A stretch of DNA of 63,863 bases, the filler included, from Phoronis australis (Eukaryota > Animalia > Phoronida): assembly GCA_002633005.1 (NCBI GenBank). It is 10 parts of 10 records of this genome, joined end to end, with 100 filler letters (N's around TTAATTAATTAA, not from the genome) between each part and the next. Parts side by side here need not be neighbours in the genome. Positions count along the whole stretch, not along the records: positions 1 to 20,811 come from NMRA01000074.1; positions 20,912 to 25,304 come from NMRA01001905.1; positions 25,405 to 28,790 come from NMRA01003049.1; 7 more parts are not named here. One strand, given 5' to 3'. The notes beneath the pieces are model-generated. The model was given only the letters and a program-made list of their open reading frames with translations, was not told the DNA's origin and did not search any database. Shown here piece after piece: positions 13,805-26,760 of the stretch; position 1 is the first letter of the stretch, and each line of letters starts with the position of its first letter. The translations under genes were made by a program, and so were the position numbers.

Positions 13805-15174
13805 CACGGGCGAGAAACAACATGACCGCCGGTCCCCTTAAATCGGACCGACTCACCCAAAACAGGATCTCCGGGGATCAAATGGGACTGACGCACCTAA
13901 AAACATGACCGCCCCACCAGAAAACAGGACCGCCGGGGACTAAACATGACCGCCGGGGATTAAAACTGCAGTGACAAACAAGTTAAGATTTATTACCGGT
14001 AAGCCTACACAGATCATACAATGGAGGTATATACGTATGCATAGGCAGGTCTTGTGCCAATTAATCCAACGAAATCTTTTGTGCGCTAAAGGACACTTCG
14101 CTTTGTAACACGCGGCGCTTTTGAGTTTTAACCACAAACCAACCACGTTGCACGCGTTTGAGCTAAACAATTATAACTTTATCCACTGCGTAAATTTTAG
14201 AACAAAATGAAAATCGTTTTCTCCAATTTGACGTTTTAGTCAAAAAAAAAAAAAAAAACGGGCGTTTTGGTTCTCGGGTTGAAGCAGCATAACTAGCCTT
14301 TGTGCGGTAAAGCAGCATACAAAATATACAGCTTGGCGCCGATGTGGGTAAAACACTAAACATATAAAATCTTCACCGAATTAGTGTTATTAACGACACT
14401 CTTCCTTGAGTAAATTAAATTATGTATCGGCGCTCGCCGGGAAAAATCGTTGTTCTGTCGTTATTCTGATGCTAAAATTGAGATGCGTTCTTTTAGGTCG
14501 GCTTACATTGACCAGTTCCTTAAATTTTTCACCGTTCAATCAGCTCTTCATGGCACAACAAATTATCGGAACTGGTTTCATTTCGTCATAAGTTTTTAGA
14601 ATTTTAATACCAGCAAATCGAATTTCAGAACAAATCGTGCTGCTGCGAAGTTGAGTCACCATCTTCCGAAAGATGTCGCAAAATTTTAGGACATGTCGCG
14701 TGCTCATGTCACGTTACATTAGGCAAACAAATGGTGTTCATTAGATTGTTTTTCACTCAAGCGGCTGCAACCTGCTTGGTGAGTGTTGATTGACTCCTAA
14801 ATTTTGCATGCGCCTGCTCCGCTCGCTAGCTCTACATGTTGATATAAGTTTCACGACGAGGTGCGGGGATGTAACGTAGCTCAATTAACGCAGTGCTCAG
14901 TACCAAGCTTTATGTTGGCGAGTCTTTACGTACAGTAACTGACCGGTTACGTAATCACAAGTAGTGTCATACATAGACATTGATAACTACATATTGTCCA
15001 ACCGTTATTTTCAGTCCCCGGCGGTCCTGTTTTCTGGTCGGGCGGTCATGTTTTTAAGTGCGTCAGTCCAATTTTCTGGTGCGACGGTCCCATTTGATCC
15101 CCGGAGCCGAGGTCCTGTTTTGGGTGACCCAGTCCGATTTAGAGGACTGGCGGTCATGTTGTTTCTCACCCGTG
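13805..15174. mobile_element. Non-autonomous DNA transposon with CAC...GTG ends, about 160-bp TIRs and a 5-bp TSD (Transib/RAG-like or Chapaev/CMC-like)
   Basis: Left end is cacgggcgagaaacaacatgaccgcc; the reverse complement of the right end is cacgggtgagaaacaacatgaccgcc. TACAT flanks both sides (13800-13804 and 15175-15179). The TIRs contain repeated aaaaca(t/g)gaccgcc motifs. Confidence 0.85.
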
Positions 15175-15606
15175 TACATGTAATATCAAAAAATACGTAC
15201 TCGGTGTTATTAATCTGAGTCGTGTCGTAATACATTCCAGGCTCGTTATATTTATACCACACTAGCCCTTACCCGTGCCCGTATTAAATATAGCGACCCT
15301 CGGGCGATAATTCTCCAAAATCCACTCGGGCTCTAGATTACGGTGGACAACGACTAAGAACGTATAATAATCTATATTTCTGCATCATTATAACAACTCC
15401 GTAGTGGCTTGCACATCATGTCACCTATACAAATATTCAACATGTTCGTCCAAGCGTGAAATGTATCAACAAGCGACTAGTCTATAATGTATGAACCAAT
15501 TTTCCACGTGCACAGCCTTAAGTGCACGCAATAATGAAGTTACTCATCTACATGGAGCCCAACCCTAACGCTCACTGGGATTACCCAGATTTTCCATTGG
15601 TCATCG

Positions 15607-15634
15607 CAATGAGCTATACCAGGATAGCTCATTA
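15607..15634. mobile_element. 28-bp palindromic mini-element with a 7-bp flanking direct repeat
   Basis: The hairpin aatgagctat-accagg-atagctcatt is flanked by gtcatcg at 15600-15606 and 15635-15641. Confidence 0.55.
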
Positions 15635-17129
15635 GTCATCGTAACCATGGCGTACGTCTTGTTTTCTTACTGCATAACAAGCATTAATACACTCGGTTGT
15701 GGCAAAAGGCCAGAATCCGAGGTCAACGAAAGCAGTTCACAAAGACATGGTTGCTAAAACTTTCATCAAATGGATTTTAACACAGACATAGTTAGCCAAA
15801 GACTGTTGCCAGATTTCGCTGTTTCAAACCACCTTTTCAAAACACACAACTCTCCTCTCCAGTTCAGAAAGTTTAGTATGGAAAGCCAAAGCAGAACACA
15901 ACTTTTCTGTTCAAGAATTAACTTCTCTGCAGGACCAAAAAATATTCACAAAAATATCGCGCCAGTATGATTTGTCCCGTCAAGACCAAAATTTTAACAT
16001 GTCGGGACAAAAAAATTAGAATCCTGTTTATTGTCCGTCAACTCAGCCCAAAACTCAGAAGTCTGACTACGAATAGCTTTTGTATGTTGCATTTCTCGAA
16101 ACGTTTTGCATTTTGTCTATACGCACATGGAAACAATTAAATGCCCTAGCTTTTTGCGTGTTGAAACTCAATTTCGTAATTTGTTGTATAGTTTGATGTA
16201 AACAACAGTAAGAGCAAATTCAAATAAATCATACCAAAACTATTGAGTAACACCCGGACACTGAATGTCAAACTAAAAGTTATGAATTAATTAGCCCACC
16301 AGTAATCCCATCGTGTTGGACGCTACACTTACTGATTCTGTGTTCTCGAATGTATTCTTGCAATCTCAACGTGAAGATACTACTGAAGGTATGGGTTCAC
16401 GCACATACAAATCGTTCTGAGACCCTGCTAAGTTTTATTACGACGACCCCCTCCAGGCAAAATGCGGGAAAGTGATGTTATCGATTGAGACGGTCGGTGT
16501 TGGTCATTGTGTACAGCACATGTAGATTCGGGTGACTGCTCACCGACCGGTACGACGCATCAGCACGGTCTAGTTCGCCGTGCTGGTGCCGGTAAAGCGT
16601 TTCAGTTGACCGAGTTACTTACGTAAGCAATGCCATTCAAACACTTGATTCGCACATCTAAAAGTATTACTGATTAAATAAGATTTTGTTCGTTTATTTT
16701 TATTGAGAGTGGTCACTTAATTACTTGCCCTGAGTGTATAGGCACACCGCACGTTTACCATAGGCGGATTTAGGGGGAAAGGGGGGGGGGGCACGGCGCC
16801 CGCTCCTCTACGCCGGGAGCAGGACCACAAGAATCGTCAATAACGATTGCTACCCATTGGCGACCTGGTCATGTTTGAAAACCTAGCTTTCGGGTTCATC
16901 CTGGGCCTAATAGTCGGGGTACTGGCGGGGATGTGCGCGCATGCCGTATTTGTAGTGTCCACGGGAAATGCAAGCAAACGATATATTTTTGAATAACAAA
17001 AATTCATTGCGCATTGCTACTGGAAACTGAATATCAAGGAAGTGCATAGAGAACCTTTCCAATTTGATGACCAATGAGTTTGATTTTACTTGTCCAAGTA
17101 CTTAAACTTAATTTTCGATCTACGGTTTG

Positions 17130-17830
17130 TACACTTAAACCCAGTGATCTAGTGCCTAAGCCAATAAACAATTTATTGTCATTTGAATCGTGAGAACTTT
17201 CTGGAAAACTTTGTAGAGCTGTCCGAAATTCATCAATTTCCACGAGACTTATTTCAGATAGACAGAACTCGTTTGGCGTACTTTTATATTATTGGGGATC
17301 TGATGATGGATCGAATTTTCCCAATATCGGCCTGCAACTAAGTTCATTGAAGCATTGTCATTTCTTACAAGATTAGCTTCTAATTCACCTCAATTCACCT
17401 CCCAATCAGTCCATTTTCATAGATACTGAACATAAACATGTAAATCAGAAACCAATAATCAAATTAATGAGCAATGCGTTTATCTTGATTTAATGACTTT
17501 TCTTTTTGATCCCTTGTTAGTGAGTTTAAAAAACCAATCTTGTACCGAAGTCAAAAAGCAACGCATTTATTGTGAGCACATTTTTGGGAAGTGTCCAAAT
17601 TTCATCAATGTCTTTGAAAGTTATTTTAGATAGGCAAAAAGTGTCCAAGTGCACTTTACTATTTGGGGATCGGATTATAGTTTTTTCCATATTCAGGTTT
17701 CAACTTAATAACCTAAATCGTAATCATTTCTTAAAAAAATAGCTTGTAATTATCAAAAATCATCTATTAACCTGTCAGTTTTCATATATTCACAAACATG
17801 TAAATGGAAAACCAACGAATTTGTTAATCA
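17130..17830. repeat. Old tandem duplication, unit about 360-370 bp
   Basis: tgtccgaaattcatcaat..ttatttcagatagaca..ttggggatc (about 17220) matches tgtccaaatttcatcaat..ttattttagataggca..ttggggatc (about 17592). aaacatgtaaat..aaaccaa occurs at both 17434 and 17794. Confidence 0.6.
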
Positions 17831-18385
17831 AAACGGAATGTTATAAGCATTTTGCGCTAGCATGCTAACAAATTTTTGATGGGTAATCGGGGAAATGGGA
17901 GATTGAGCATTCACAGTAAGGTGCATTTTTGATCATTTTCGAGGCACCTATAACGGTTCACGAGTTGAACTTGAAATAAAAAACCTGAAATATTTGTTTA
18001 GTATTTCAAGTATTTGAGTACACTCGTTTGACATGTACACTGTCATCCCAATGGTAGCCTCGACAGCAGCGTTTTTCACATGTGGGAAATCCCTACCAAC
18101 AGCTCAGAGTAATCATTTTCAAAAGGGAAACTATTCTCGTGATACTATATGGGAAACAGTTACATTATTCTATAACTAACCATCGGAAACAGTCCTTATG
18201 TGTAATTAACAAATAGCGGTCTCCACGCTCTGCAAAATTCCACCCTTTCGATGGCGGTCAATCCTATTGTATTTTTTCACATTTATTGGTTGTTTCGGTC
18301 GAGTATCTTGATACTGCTGTGCTGTGTACGAATGTTTTGTGTTTTTGATGAATTTGGGATCTCAACTTCCCGAGTGAATACTTAG

Positions 18386-18668
18386 CAGTGTCGGATTAAC
18401 ATACATTATGGAGGGACAAAGGGAAAATTTCCCCGAACTTCTCAACGAGAGAGGGTCCCGTCTGAAATGGGACACCTTAATTATGATAGGCTAAATATCA
18501 TTAAGCTTGGAAAAGAGTAACAGTTCATTCCGAGACGTGTATCGCCGAGCGGAGGCTAAGATTTTTTGTGTTTTTTAGTAGCTGGTTGACATTTTAAATT
18601 TTTTATTTTTGATCCTGTCCCCCGAGGGGGGTTTGAACCCCTTGAATCCTCCAGTAGATCCGCCTCTG
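18386..18668 (-). mobile_element. hAT-derived MITE, same family as 2925-3144
   Basis: The reverse complement of 18600-18668 (cagaggcggatctact..ggggttcaaacccccc..ggacaggatcaaaaata) matches the left end of the 2925 copy. A candidate opposite end, cagtgtcggatt, lies at 18386. Confidence 0.55.
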
Positions 18669-18901
18669 CTGTCAGATCATCAATTTTTCTGACGTGATAT
18701 ACATTTTGAGAAAAAAGCGAGAGTTGTCTCCGTTATCCCTTACCAGACAGGGGCCTCTGGAAAAATGTGGTTTTCATTTGCACTAGCAAAATTAACTTAA
18801 TTCAATAAATTAACACGCTTCGCAAGGGCTTCGCTTTACAATTTGTTTTCGATTTTTCGAAATATATGCGTAAATCATTACGTGCACGTTTTCAATTGCG
18901 T

Positions 18902-19738
18902 TTAGAAAATCTGTGCTGCGAAAGCGGAAACCCCAACAACAATGTCCTGGCCAGGGTCCTCAAAAGGTACATGTGAACCATGCACTGATACAGAGCTGTT
19001 AAATAATCTCTGAAATTTTCTCTTATGCGCATTTTTTAGCAGTTTTTCTTTTCTCAGCTGTCCCCGCCCCACGCGTATGTTGGTTGCCGGAAAAAATTTT
19101 TTTTGGGGGGCCCTTGCCCCCCCCCCCTCCCCCCGCTTCCTACGGCCCTGTAACCTAACATTTTCACTTCTTATCTTGATTTGACTGTCGAATCCCAAAC
19201 TTAAAAAGCAATCGGGAAGATGCTCCGCCAACTGAATGGTCGTATCAGTTAACAGTGGCCCTGGACGTCGAAGGTTCACTGCCATACAGGAGGGTATCAA
19301 TATGACACCACTCGGGAAAGGAACGAACTGGGCTGTGGTAAAGCAAGTGTGATCACGTGCTTCGCTTGTAATGCACGTGATATATCGCAGACTTACGTGA
19401 TCTTGCATTTTTACGAGTGCATTGCGTCTACGGAACGGGCAAGTGGTAACGTCGGAACCTGAAATAGGGGAGGGGTCCACGAATTCCAATTTTGTAGCTC
19501 CCAGGGTTACGGAAATGGCCTTTTCTACGACAACAAGAGCGTATGAGTAAGAATTTAACAAATCAAACCTATTGAGATTCACCGAGTATAGGTTGTGAAG
19601 GCCAGATTGTCTGATGTTTGAAGAAATTCCATGATTGAAATCCTTGAATTCGACATGCGCGAATGAACCTTCGGTGAAATTCGGAACAGATGGTTTTGTA
19701 GGACCCATAAGTACACATTTAGAAACAAACATGTTCAA
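18902..19738 (-). CDS. Uncharacterised 278-codon ORF; possible exon, with its 3' part reading through a MITE end
   Basis: A long open frame in AT-rich DNA, while the complementary frame has several stops. No recognisable domain. A G/C-run MITE end (cagggccgtaggaag on the minus strand) lies near 19075-19150. Confidence 0.3.
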   Translation of the reverse strand: MNMFVSKCVLMGPTKPSVPNFTEGSFAHVEFKDFNHGISSNIRQSGLHNLYSVNLNRFDLLNSYSYALVVVEKAISVTLGATKLEFVDPSPISGSDVTTCPFRRRNALVKMQDHVSLRYITCITSEARDHTCFTTAQFVPFPSGVILIPSCMAVNLRRPGPLLTDTTIQLAEHLPDCFLSLGFDSQIKIRSENVRLQGRRKRGEGGGARAPQKKFFPATNIRVGRGQLRKEKLLKNAHKRKFQRLFNSSVSVHGSHVPFEDPGQDIVVGVSAFAAQIF

Positions 19739-20811
19739 ATTTGGCTGACACTTACTGTTTTATGCACTGTTGTCAAAAACTTTGTTTTAAAATTATTAAC
19801 TTTTGCAAGAAGGGCCATTAAAGGACATTTTCAAGATTTTTATGAAGAGAATTAAACGTTGCAAAAGACAACAAAACAAATCATTTAGCCGGGAATCCGT
19901 AACAGCGTTTTTGAGAAATTATCGTGAAACATTTATATCATATTGAACTTGATCACGATATTTTTGCTAAATTTTGTTAAAAAGAAATTGTCACCTGGAG
20001 GCCCAATCAATGACAAATATGTATCAAAGCAAATATGTATAGGCTTTTCATTTTCAAAATGTTAAAGTTTTATTAGATACTTGGCAGTACCGCACAGACT
20101 TCAGTAATAGAAAAATTTGAATTAAAATTTTGTGGGTGTGACCAATCTACCCAATTATTTTCACCGTTCTAAATTAGTGAGGTCGTCCATTGCAAATGAC
20201 GTGTTTGGAAAAAACGACATACACTTTTTTCAAAATGCGTAGGTAATCATGCCACTTTGACACAGATGGTTATCCCTAATCAGACATAGACTTGATAACC
20301 CGGTGCTTTGTCACTTTTATAACTACTTTTGACACAACCGGAGTGAAAGATTTTATACCCCCGCGGCAACAAAACATGAATTAACAATAGCAAAGTCAAG
20401 CAACTGGAATAATGTTTGCACCAACTATGCAATACACAAAGGACACCTAAAATATCACTAACACCTGACCTAGCGTAGATCAAATCCAACCAGGCGACAC
20501 AAGCTATTTACCCCCGTGGTAATGGTTTGACTGAAGTGTCGGCTACTGTTCACGTGCTGTACTTGTGCATGTCCTTACGTAATCATCTAATTCGAATCAT
20601 CCTGATCTAATGTTATCAAACTTTTGACCAATCATGCATACACTTACTGTATAGACTTCGTAGGCTTCCTCGAAAATTACCACAAAATTTAGCCAAATGT
20701 TGTATGTTTTGCGATCAATCAAAGGTTTGCGTTTTCATTTTAAAACATAAAACAGACCGTTCACATAGGCGGATTTAGGGGGGGGGGCCAGGGGGCCCGG
20801 GCCCCCCCCCC

Positions 20812-20911
20812 NNNNNNNNNNNNNNNNNNNNNNNNNNNNNNNNNNNNNNNNNNNNTTAATTAATTAANNNNNNNNNNNNNNNNNNNNNNNNNNNNNNNNN
20901 NNNNNNNNNNN
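20812..20911. other. Artificial scaffolding linker N44-TTAATTAATTAA-N44 (others start at 25305, 28791, 35841, 43711, 51527, 56254, 60325, 62696; plain N gap at 40504-40981)
   Basis: Identical 100-bp blocks containing a six-frame stop linker. Confidence 0.97.
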
Positions 20912-21800
20912 CCAACCAAATGTTCATAGCAGCAGTCTGCTCCTCCTGTCTAGGTATCTCTGCTTCGGCTTAACGCCAATAGATGTCCTCACTGAGTTTC
21001 CCTGTCAGGCTCTCTAACTTTCAATTCCGCCAGTACCCTCTCGTGTTTCACGTCCCTACAATGACCCTCAGCTAACTGCTGAGCGGGATATCATTTTCCG
21101 CTCTACTTCATTAGCTAGTCTTTGCTCCTCAGCTCCCTGTGCCAATCATCTCTCCTTCAATATCATTAACTCAAACTGTTTTACAAAATATTGGTTGGCA
21201 GTCGGAAATGAGACACCGTTAATACTTAAATGGATGTTAACCCTTATTTCTGGAGATTTTAAAGCAATTGAACTGGTTAACTGTCCTTTGCTGTACCACA
21301 GTTTGTCTTTCGTCGGAGAAATAAAAACAATTGTTGTCTTCAGACAAGACACTTTCGCATTAACTGTGTCATTGGGTTCTGTGTTTCGTGGTGAGCGGCA
21401 GTTCTACACAGCTGTTGATTAGACCTTCCTTGGAAATTCCACACGGTGAGGCATGCCACTTTAAAAGGACCTTGACCCTGTTTCGATATTTTCCACCAAT
21501 CCTTGTTCTGTCACCTGCTAATGCATCTTTGCAGTCAATCTTCCAAGTTAAAGGCAGAAATCAACTAAAAACTTTGAAAAGAGTTTTCTAATGTTCCTCC
21601 ATACTGTTGAGGGTTTTCGAGGGTTACAGAGCTGGTAGCTGTCAATAAGCCAAAATCGAGTTTGGTATCCTTTTAAATTTGTCGATAATACATTAATTAC
21701 AAAGTGGTAATCGTGTTGCTTTACAGGCCGACCTTGATGGGAATGGTGGCGTTTGCTACTTTTCCTTTTTGAAATTTCTCTGTTGTTCAACGCGTCCCTG
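20912..21800 (-). mobile_element. Decayed non-LTR retrotransposon (SGNH esterase-like ORF1 end plus APE endonuclease start; RTE-X/CR1-like)
   Basis: Minus strand reads NAKVSCLKTTIVFI..NIHLSINGV (DxxHLxxxG-like). It is followed by LRVIVGT*NTRG..KLESL..DI.IGV, resembling the IGTWNVR..KLxEL..DIIGxSE start of a LINE endonuclease. Heavily disrupted. Confidence 0.45.
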
Positions 21801-24800
21801 ACGCCTTATCTGTCTTTGATGGCTCCTGAGTAACATTTTGAGTTTTTGTCGAATTTTTCCATGGTTCTTTGCTGATTTACTGTTGTGGTAGACAATTTGT
21901 TTTTTCAATTCTAAAGAATAAATTACTTAATGGAACGTGATAATCTGGTGTTTCACCTTTGGCAATTGGTGATTCAGTTTTCGTTCGTACCCTGTGTCAC
22001 AGCACCACTTAAACGAACAATGACCCTGCGAAGGAATGGTGCTCGACACGCAATGTTCAGTGCGTGGCATCACTAGTGCGCATGCCTTGATTAGGAAGTC
22101 CGTCATCCTTTTTGTCTGCCTGGTGCCTCGTTAAATCTAGTTTGCCATAAACAAAAAGTTGTGAGAAATGCATCGATTGCATTGTTGCGTAAGGTGTAAA
22201 CCACACAACCTCGCCCCCAAGCCTCAAGAAAACACTGAGTGGGTTAGCCTTTTTAGCTTGGTGAGGAGAAATTTCCTTGTTAGAATTCTGACAGAATTTT
22301 ACGGAAATCGCCGGAACGTAATCACGAGTTCTTGTATTAAGTTTCATCGCCTCTGAAATTTGCTGTTGTGCAATACAAAACATCTAAATGCTCGGTATTT
22401 ATGCAGCAAGTTAGATTTATATCATTAAAAAATTGATGTATTTGAATTCAAAAACAGAATAATTCCTATGGTGCTTTCAATAAAACAGAATAGTCCTTTT
22501 GCGAGTTTATAACAATAACGCGAGATTACGTGAGACTTAACTGTGACGTCACGGGAAGTGGGGCAAAAGCTTGGCGTTTGGCTCATTTGCCCAATACTTT
22601 AGCAGAGTGTATTCTGTTATTTTCTTCCACTTTTTGGCCGTTTAGTTCGAAAAATGACAAACAAGCATAGCTGTTATGGCAAATGAAATTCAGATTCGCA
22701 CTACAATACGTTCTATCGCGTTTTGTACTAATTTGGTTTCGTGTATTTTAAACGGGCAATAGGCGAAATCCGCTCACTGATTAAGTTTTCAAGTTTTCAC
22801 CACGTCAAAAATACATTCTACATCTAAAATTTTCACCTAAAAAGGCGCTTACTTTCTCCAGTGGTACTCTCTGCTTCTAAACATATCTTCGATGGAGCAT
22901 AGCTACGGGAATTTAGATGACTTTGGCGAAGAATTCCAACTCCACATTGTCGTTACTGTTAACTTAAACCGCGCGCGGGATAACCACAAAGGAGTTCAAC
23001 TGGTCAGGTTACCCTCTGACACAGCGCCACCTATACTGCAAAGTGGCCCTGTGGAAACATGATGACCGACACACGGAATTCCGTGTGTGGGCATCAATGC
23101 GCATGCCTTGGTTTTACTTCCGATGTAAACAAAGTGGTTCACTGTGTGCGTGAAAAGGTACTGGGTACATTGCTTTGTGTTCTGTTGCACTGGAATAATA
23201 ATCATTTTGATGGAGTGCATTTGGACTCATCCTGAATCTAATTTACTGATTTTAGACGTTTTATGTTCACGTTAGTTGTATAAAGTTCGAAATTGTGAAC
23301 TTTTGTTTAGCACTGTGATAGAGTGTACTGGTCAGGTGAGTATGAGGCAAAGGCTAGCGCGAGACTGAGTGAACCGCGAGACCTGGCGCGTGACACTTGC
23401 AAAATAACATGAGAACATATCAAGTGAATTTGTAAGATTTATTGCAAAATAGCATGAGAAAATATCAAGTGAAATTTGTAAGATTTGTGTCCCTTGGACT
23501 TTTTGTTCGTCAACAGGTGTGATTTCACGTAACTTCCTCAAAATGGCGGCTCTTTAGTGCGAGAAACTCGAGAGAACCGGGAGGTTTTCATGCAATATGC
23601 TCAAGTTATTTGTAGTCTAAATTGTGTCCAGAGTCAGGGTATGTGTTAATTATAACTTCATGTGCACATATGCATGTTTTATTTGATTTTATTTGCTGTA
23701 TTTTGAAGTGAATATCTTTTTATGGGGATACACTATCGCCCCTGTATGCCTGCGCCATTCAGGCCTAGAGCGGGTTAAGTTCCAATTTCAGTCCGTTCAC
23801 AGCTTCGCACAACATAATAAGGTCACATTTTCTTTGTCTATTCACAGTTATTCTACGACCCATCCACCATATCTTAAGTTGTTTTAACGTTTTAAGCGTA
23901 AAATTCACCATAAGAACTTCAGTAAGTTTTAGCGTGTGTAGCAAAGACTCGGGGCAAAACAANCGTGAGTGTACATTATTTCGATGAGCGGTCGTAGTAT
24001 CAACATTGCTGGCTCGTTCATTTGATAGCAGTACAATTGCAGGTAAATGAGACTCAAATGGTCTGCGCGATTAATTTTTGAAAAACTGGCTTTCCCAATA
24101 AGAAATGTGCGCTGTCGACGCACAAGACCGTTCCCGACAAGTGTTGGTTCTTCTTTTCAAAGATGCGCTTTCTCAATATGAAATATTCGGCTTGCATTGC
24201 CGATGCTCAAAAACCGTTTTCGGCAAGTGACGGAATCTTTTCAAAACTGCGCTATCTCACTTGAAATATCGGGCTGCGTTGGGAAAAAAGAGTCTTCCTG
24301 GTGACAAATATGGGCTTTCCAATGAGTGGGTCTGGTTTGCGTTGTTGGCGGGCATGAAACACTGCAGACAGCTGATTCTCTTTTGTAAAAATTCGTTTTC
24401 TCAATAAAAAAATGTCGATTTTGCGCTGTCAACGCATTGTTTCCCAATAAAAAGCTGGACTTGCGTATTCGACGCACATAGAGGGTTCCCGACCACTGAT
24501 CTAAACATGCGCTTTCTCAATTTTAACGAATTTTGCATTAAACGTAACAGTAATGGATGTGGGATCGATCGAGTACAATGAAGAAAGTGATGAACAATGA
24601 CGAGAACATAACATATATTTATGTTTGTTAAACGTATCCATGCATTGTCTGCTGGTTAAAAACCGAAACGCAAGTTAACTCTGACACGTTTATTTCCTTA
24701 TTAACTGAAAGCTCAGTTTCAACATGAAAACTTCGAATGAGCAATTACCCAAAATAGATTACAAAGACAATCGTAGTTTCTCATCGACTCGTGATCCCCA

Positions 24801-26577
24801 TTCGTCGTCCTGGTAGTCGTCTGGATTGTTGAAGAAGCGCTGTCGTTCTACATGTTTAGACCTAGTGCAAACGATGGGAATGCGTGGACTAGTACAGTGC
24901 TGCGCGGCTGAAGACACGATTAACTAACATATTGTATATATAAGGGCGTTGTCTAGAAAGCGAATGCAATTTCAAGTGTTACCAACACCAAAATTCACCC
25001 AATCGTTTTCTACAATTAAACCCTTTCTCATCCACAGCCTTTGAAACGCCCGATGTTAACTCAGTGATACACTGGTGCGTCTTCATGCAACTGAGGTGAC
25101 CTAACACATCTGGGTTCGCGTACGTTTTTAACCACAGTGAAAACTCTGACTTGTGAAATCTGTTTGTGGATGACATGGAACTGATAACCGTTAAAATTTT
25201 CTGATAATCTGCGTGGAAGATAACAGGGCCGTTTCTTCTGGTCGTCACCAGTTTAGCGCCGTCCACGGTCGTCAATTTCGCGCATCTCAGTCTCCCTGAG
25301 TCACNNNNNNNNNNNNNNNNNNNNNNNNNNNNNNNNNNNNNNNNNNNNTTAATTAATTAANNNNNNNNNNNNNNNNNNNNNNNNNNNNNNNNNNNNNNNN
25401 NNNNGAATAGACACATTAATCGTCTGCGTTTTCTTCGCTCCACACAGTCACAGATCCTGGATATAGGGAACTCTATGGCTGCATTTGATTCACTATGACA
25501 GGTCGCCCGGGTCAAGTTTAAGATCTCTGCTTGGTGCTCCCGACTGTTTTTTAAGCTGGACATCGTCTTCCAGAACAACTGAGACGCCTTAGCCGGTTGA
25601 CCGGTGGAGTGAATCAAGTGCAGTCTTCATAACTAGCCTTACGTGCAACTCTCAATGTCGTGTTGATGACGTATTCAGGGCAGCAGCTTTGACAGCTTAA
25701 GACGGTCTCATGGTCTGCAGGTGTAGCCAAGAACGTCAATGAGTCCTTGAATTCGCCAGAAACAACCGATGCCTGCTTCAGAGAGTGGAGAAATTTCTTC
25801 TTGGTAACCTCTCCAAACCACTCACAGAAAATGTTGTATTTTGTGGACGAATTCGTCAGGTAAACGTCGCCAATGATGCCCGATTGGTCTTTCATCAATA
25901 CACGAGCTTTTAGATGAAAGAGTAAATGCACTGGACTAAGACAACTGGTTGAATGTTTTAAAACGTTGGAAGTATGAATGGTTTGGGGGAAATGAGGGAG
26001 AAATTGTTCCCAACGTAGCTCCGATGGTCTTACAATTACAAATAGAGGAATTCAAAAATGCATGTTTGACTGACACAGATACACCGTCGAGACATCCAGA
26101 ACACCCCGGGTAATTTGATAGTCTCAAATTTCCTCCTGAATGGGTTTCTTACAATTATGAGCATTTGCGAAATTCAGTCGTACGAAAATTATTCTCTAGT
26201 GTGATACTCGCAGGCGCAGAATAAGAAATTTGCATAAATACTTCTTGGACACGAGGTCACGTGTGCGTTGATTCCTGCTGACTTACAACTGGTGCCGGTG
26301 GGTCTGTCTAGTTGGACCCATACTAATCTTACCTATGTTTCGCATAGCCACCAGTCACGATTATGTATGATCTTATCGCCATGTCTGTGCATTTAGCAGA
26401 ATACCTAGAAAACTTTTTTGTAAAATTATTCAGTTGACACCAAAACGCTTTTGTCTCTATCACAATCACAGTACGACAAGAATTCTGTAGTGTAGTGTAC
26501 TTTAGTGTAGGCTACCAGTCTTCTGTGAACCTAGTGAGGTTTGTTCCTGATTCTCTCGGTTATTGATTTCTGTTCAG

Positions 26578-26760
26578 GTGCAAGCGCTGGGAGCTGACCT
26601 TATGAATAGATATGCAGCCTATTTGTCCAAGAACTGCAAGTTATGCTCTCATCACTTCGAGGAGTCCATGTTCATGAATGAAGAACAAGCTGGTATTGGC
26701 TCCAGTGCCCGAACAATATTTGATGTCCCGAATCCACCAAACATGAAGATGCCTGGGTCA
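26578..26760 (+). pseudogene. THAP zinc-finger fragment (transposase-derived)
   Basis: After the acceptor ttctgttcag: CKRW..ADLMNRYAAYLSKNCKLCSHHFEESMFMN..ARTIFDVPNPP, matching the THAP LCSxHF and AVPTIF motifs with deletions. Confidence 0.7.

Noticed and set aside
20856-20867. Recurrent TTAATTAATTAA palindrome
   Set aside because: Always centred in a 100-bp N block, so it is an artificial six-frame stop linker.
23539-23550. YY1-like motif CAAAATGGCGGC as a promoter
   Set aside because: No linked exon was identified, and such motifs also occur in transposon ends.
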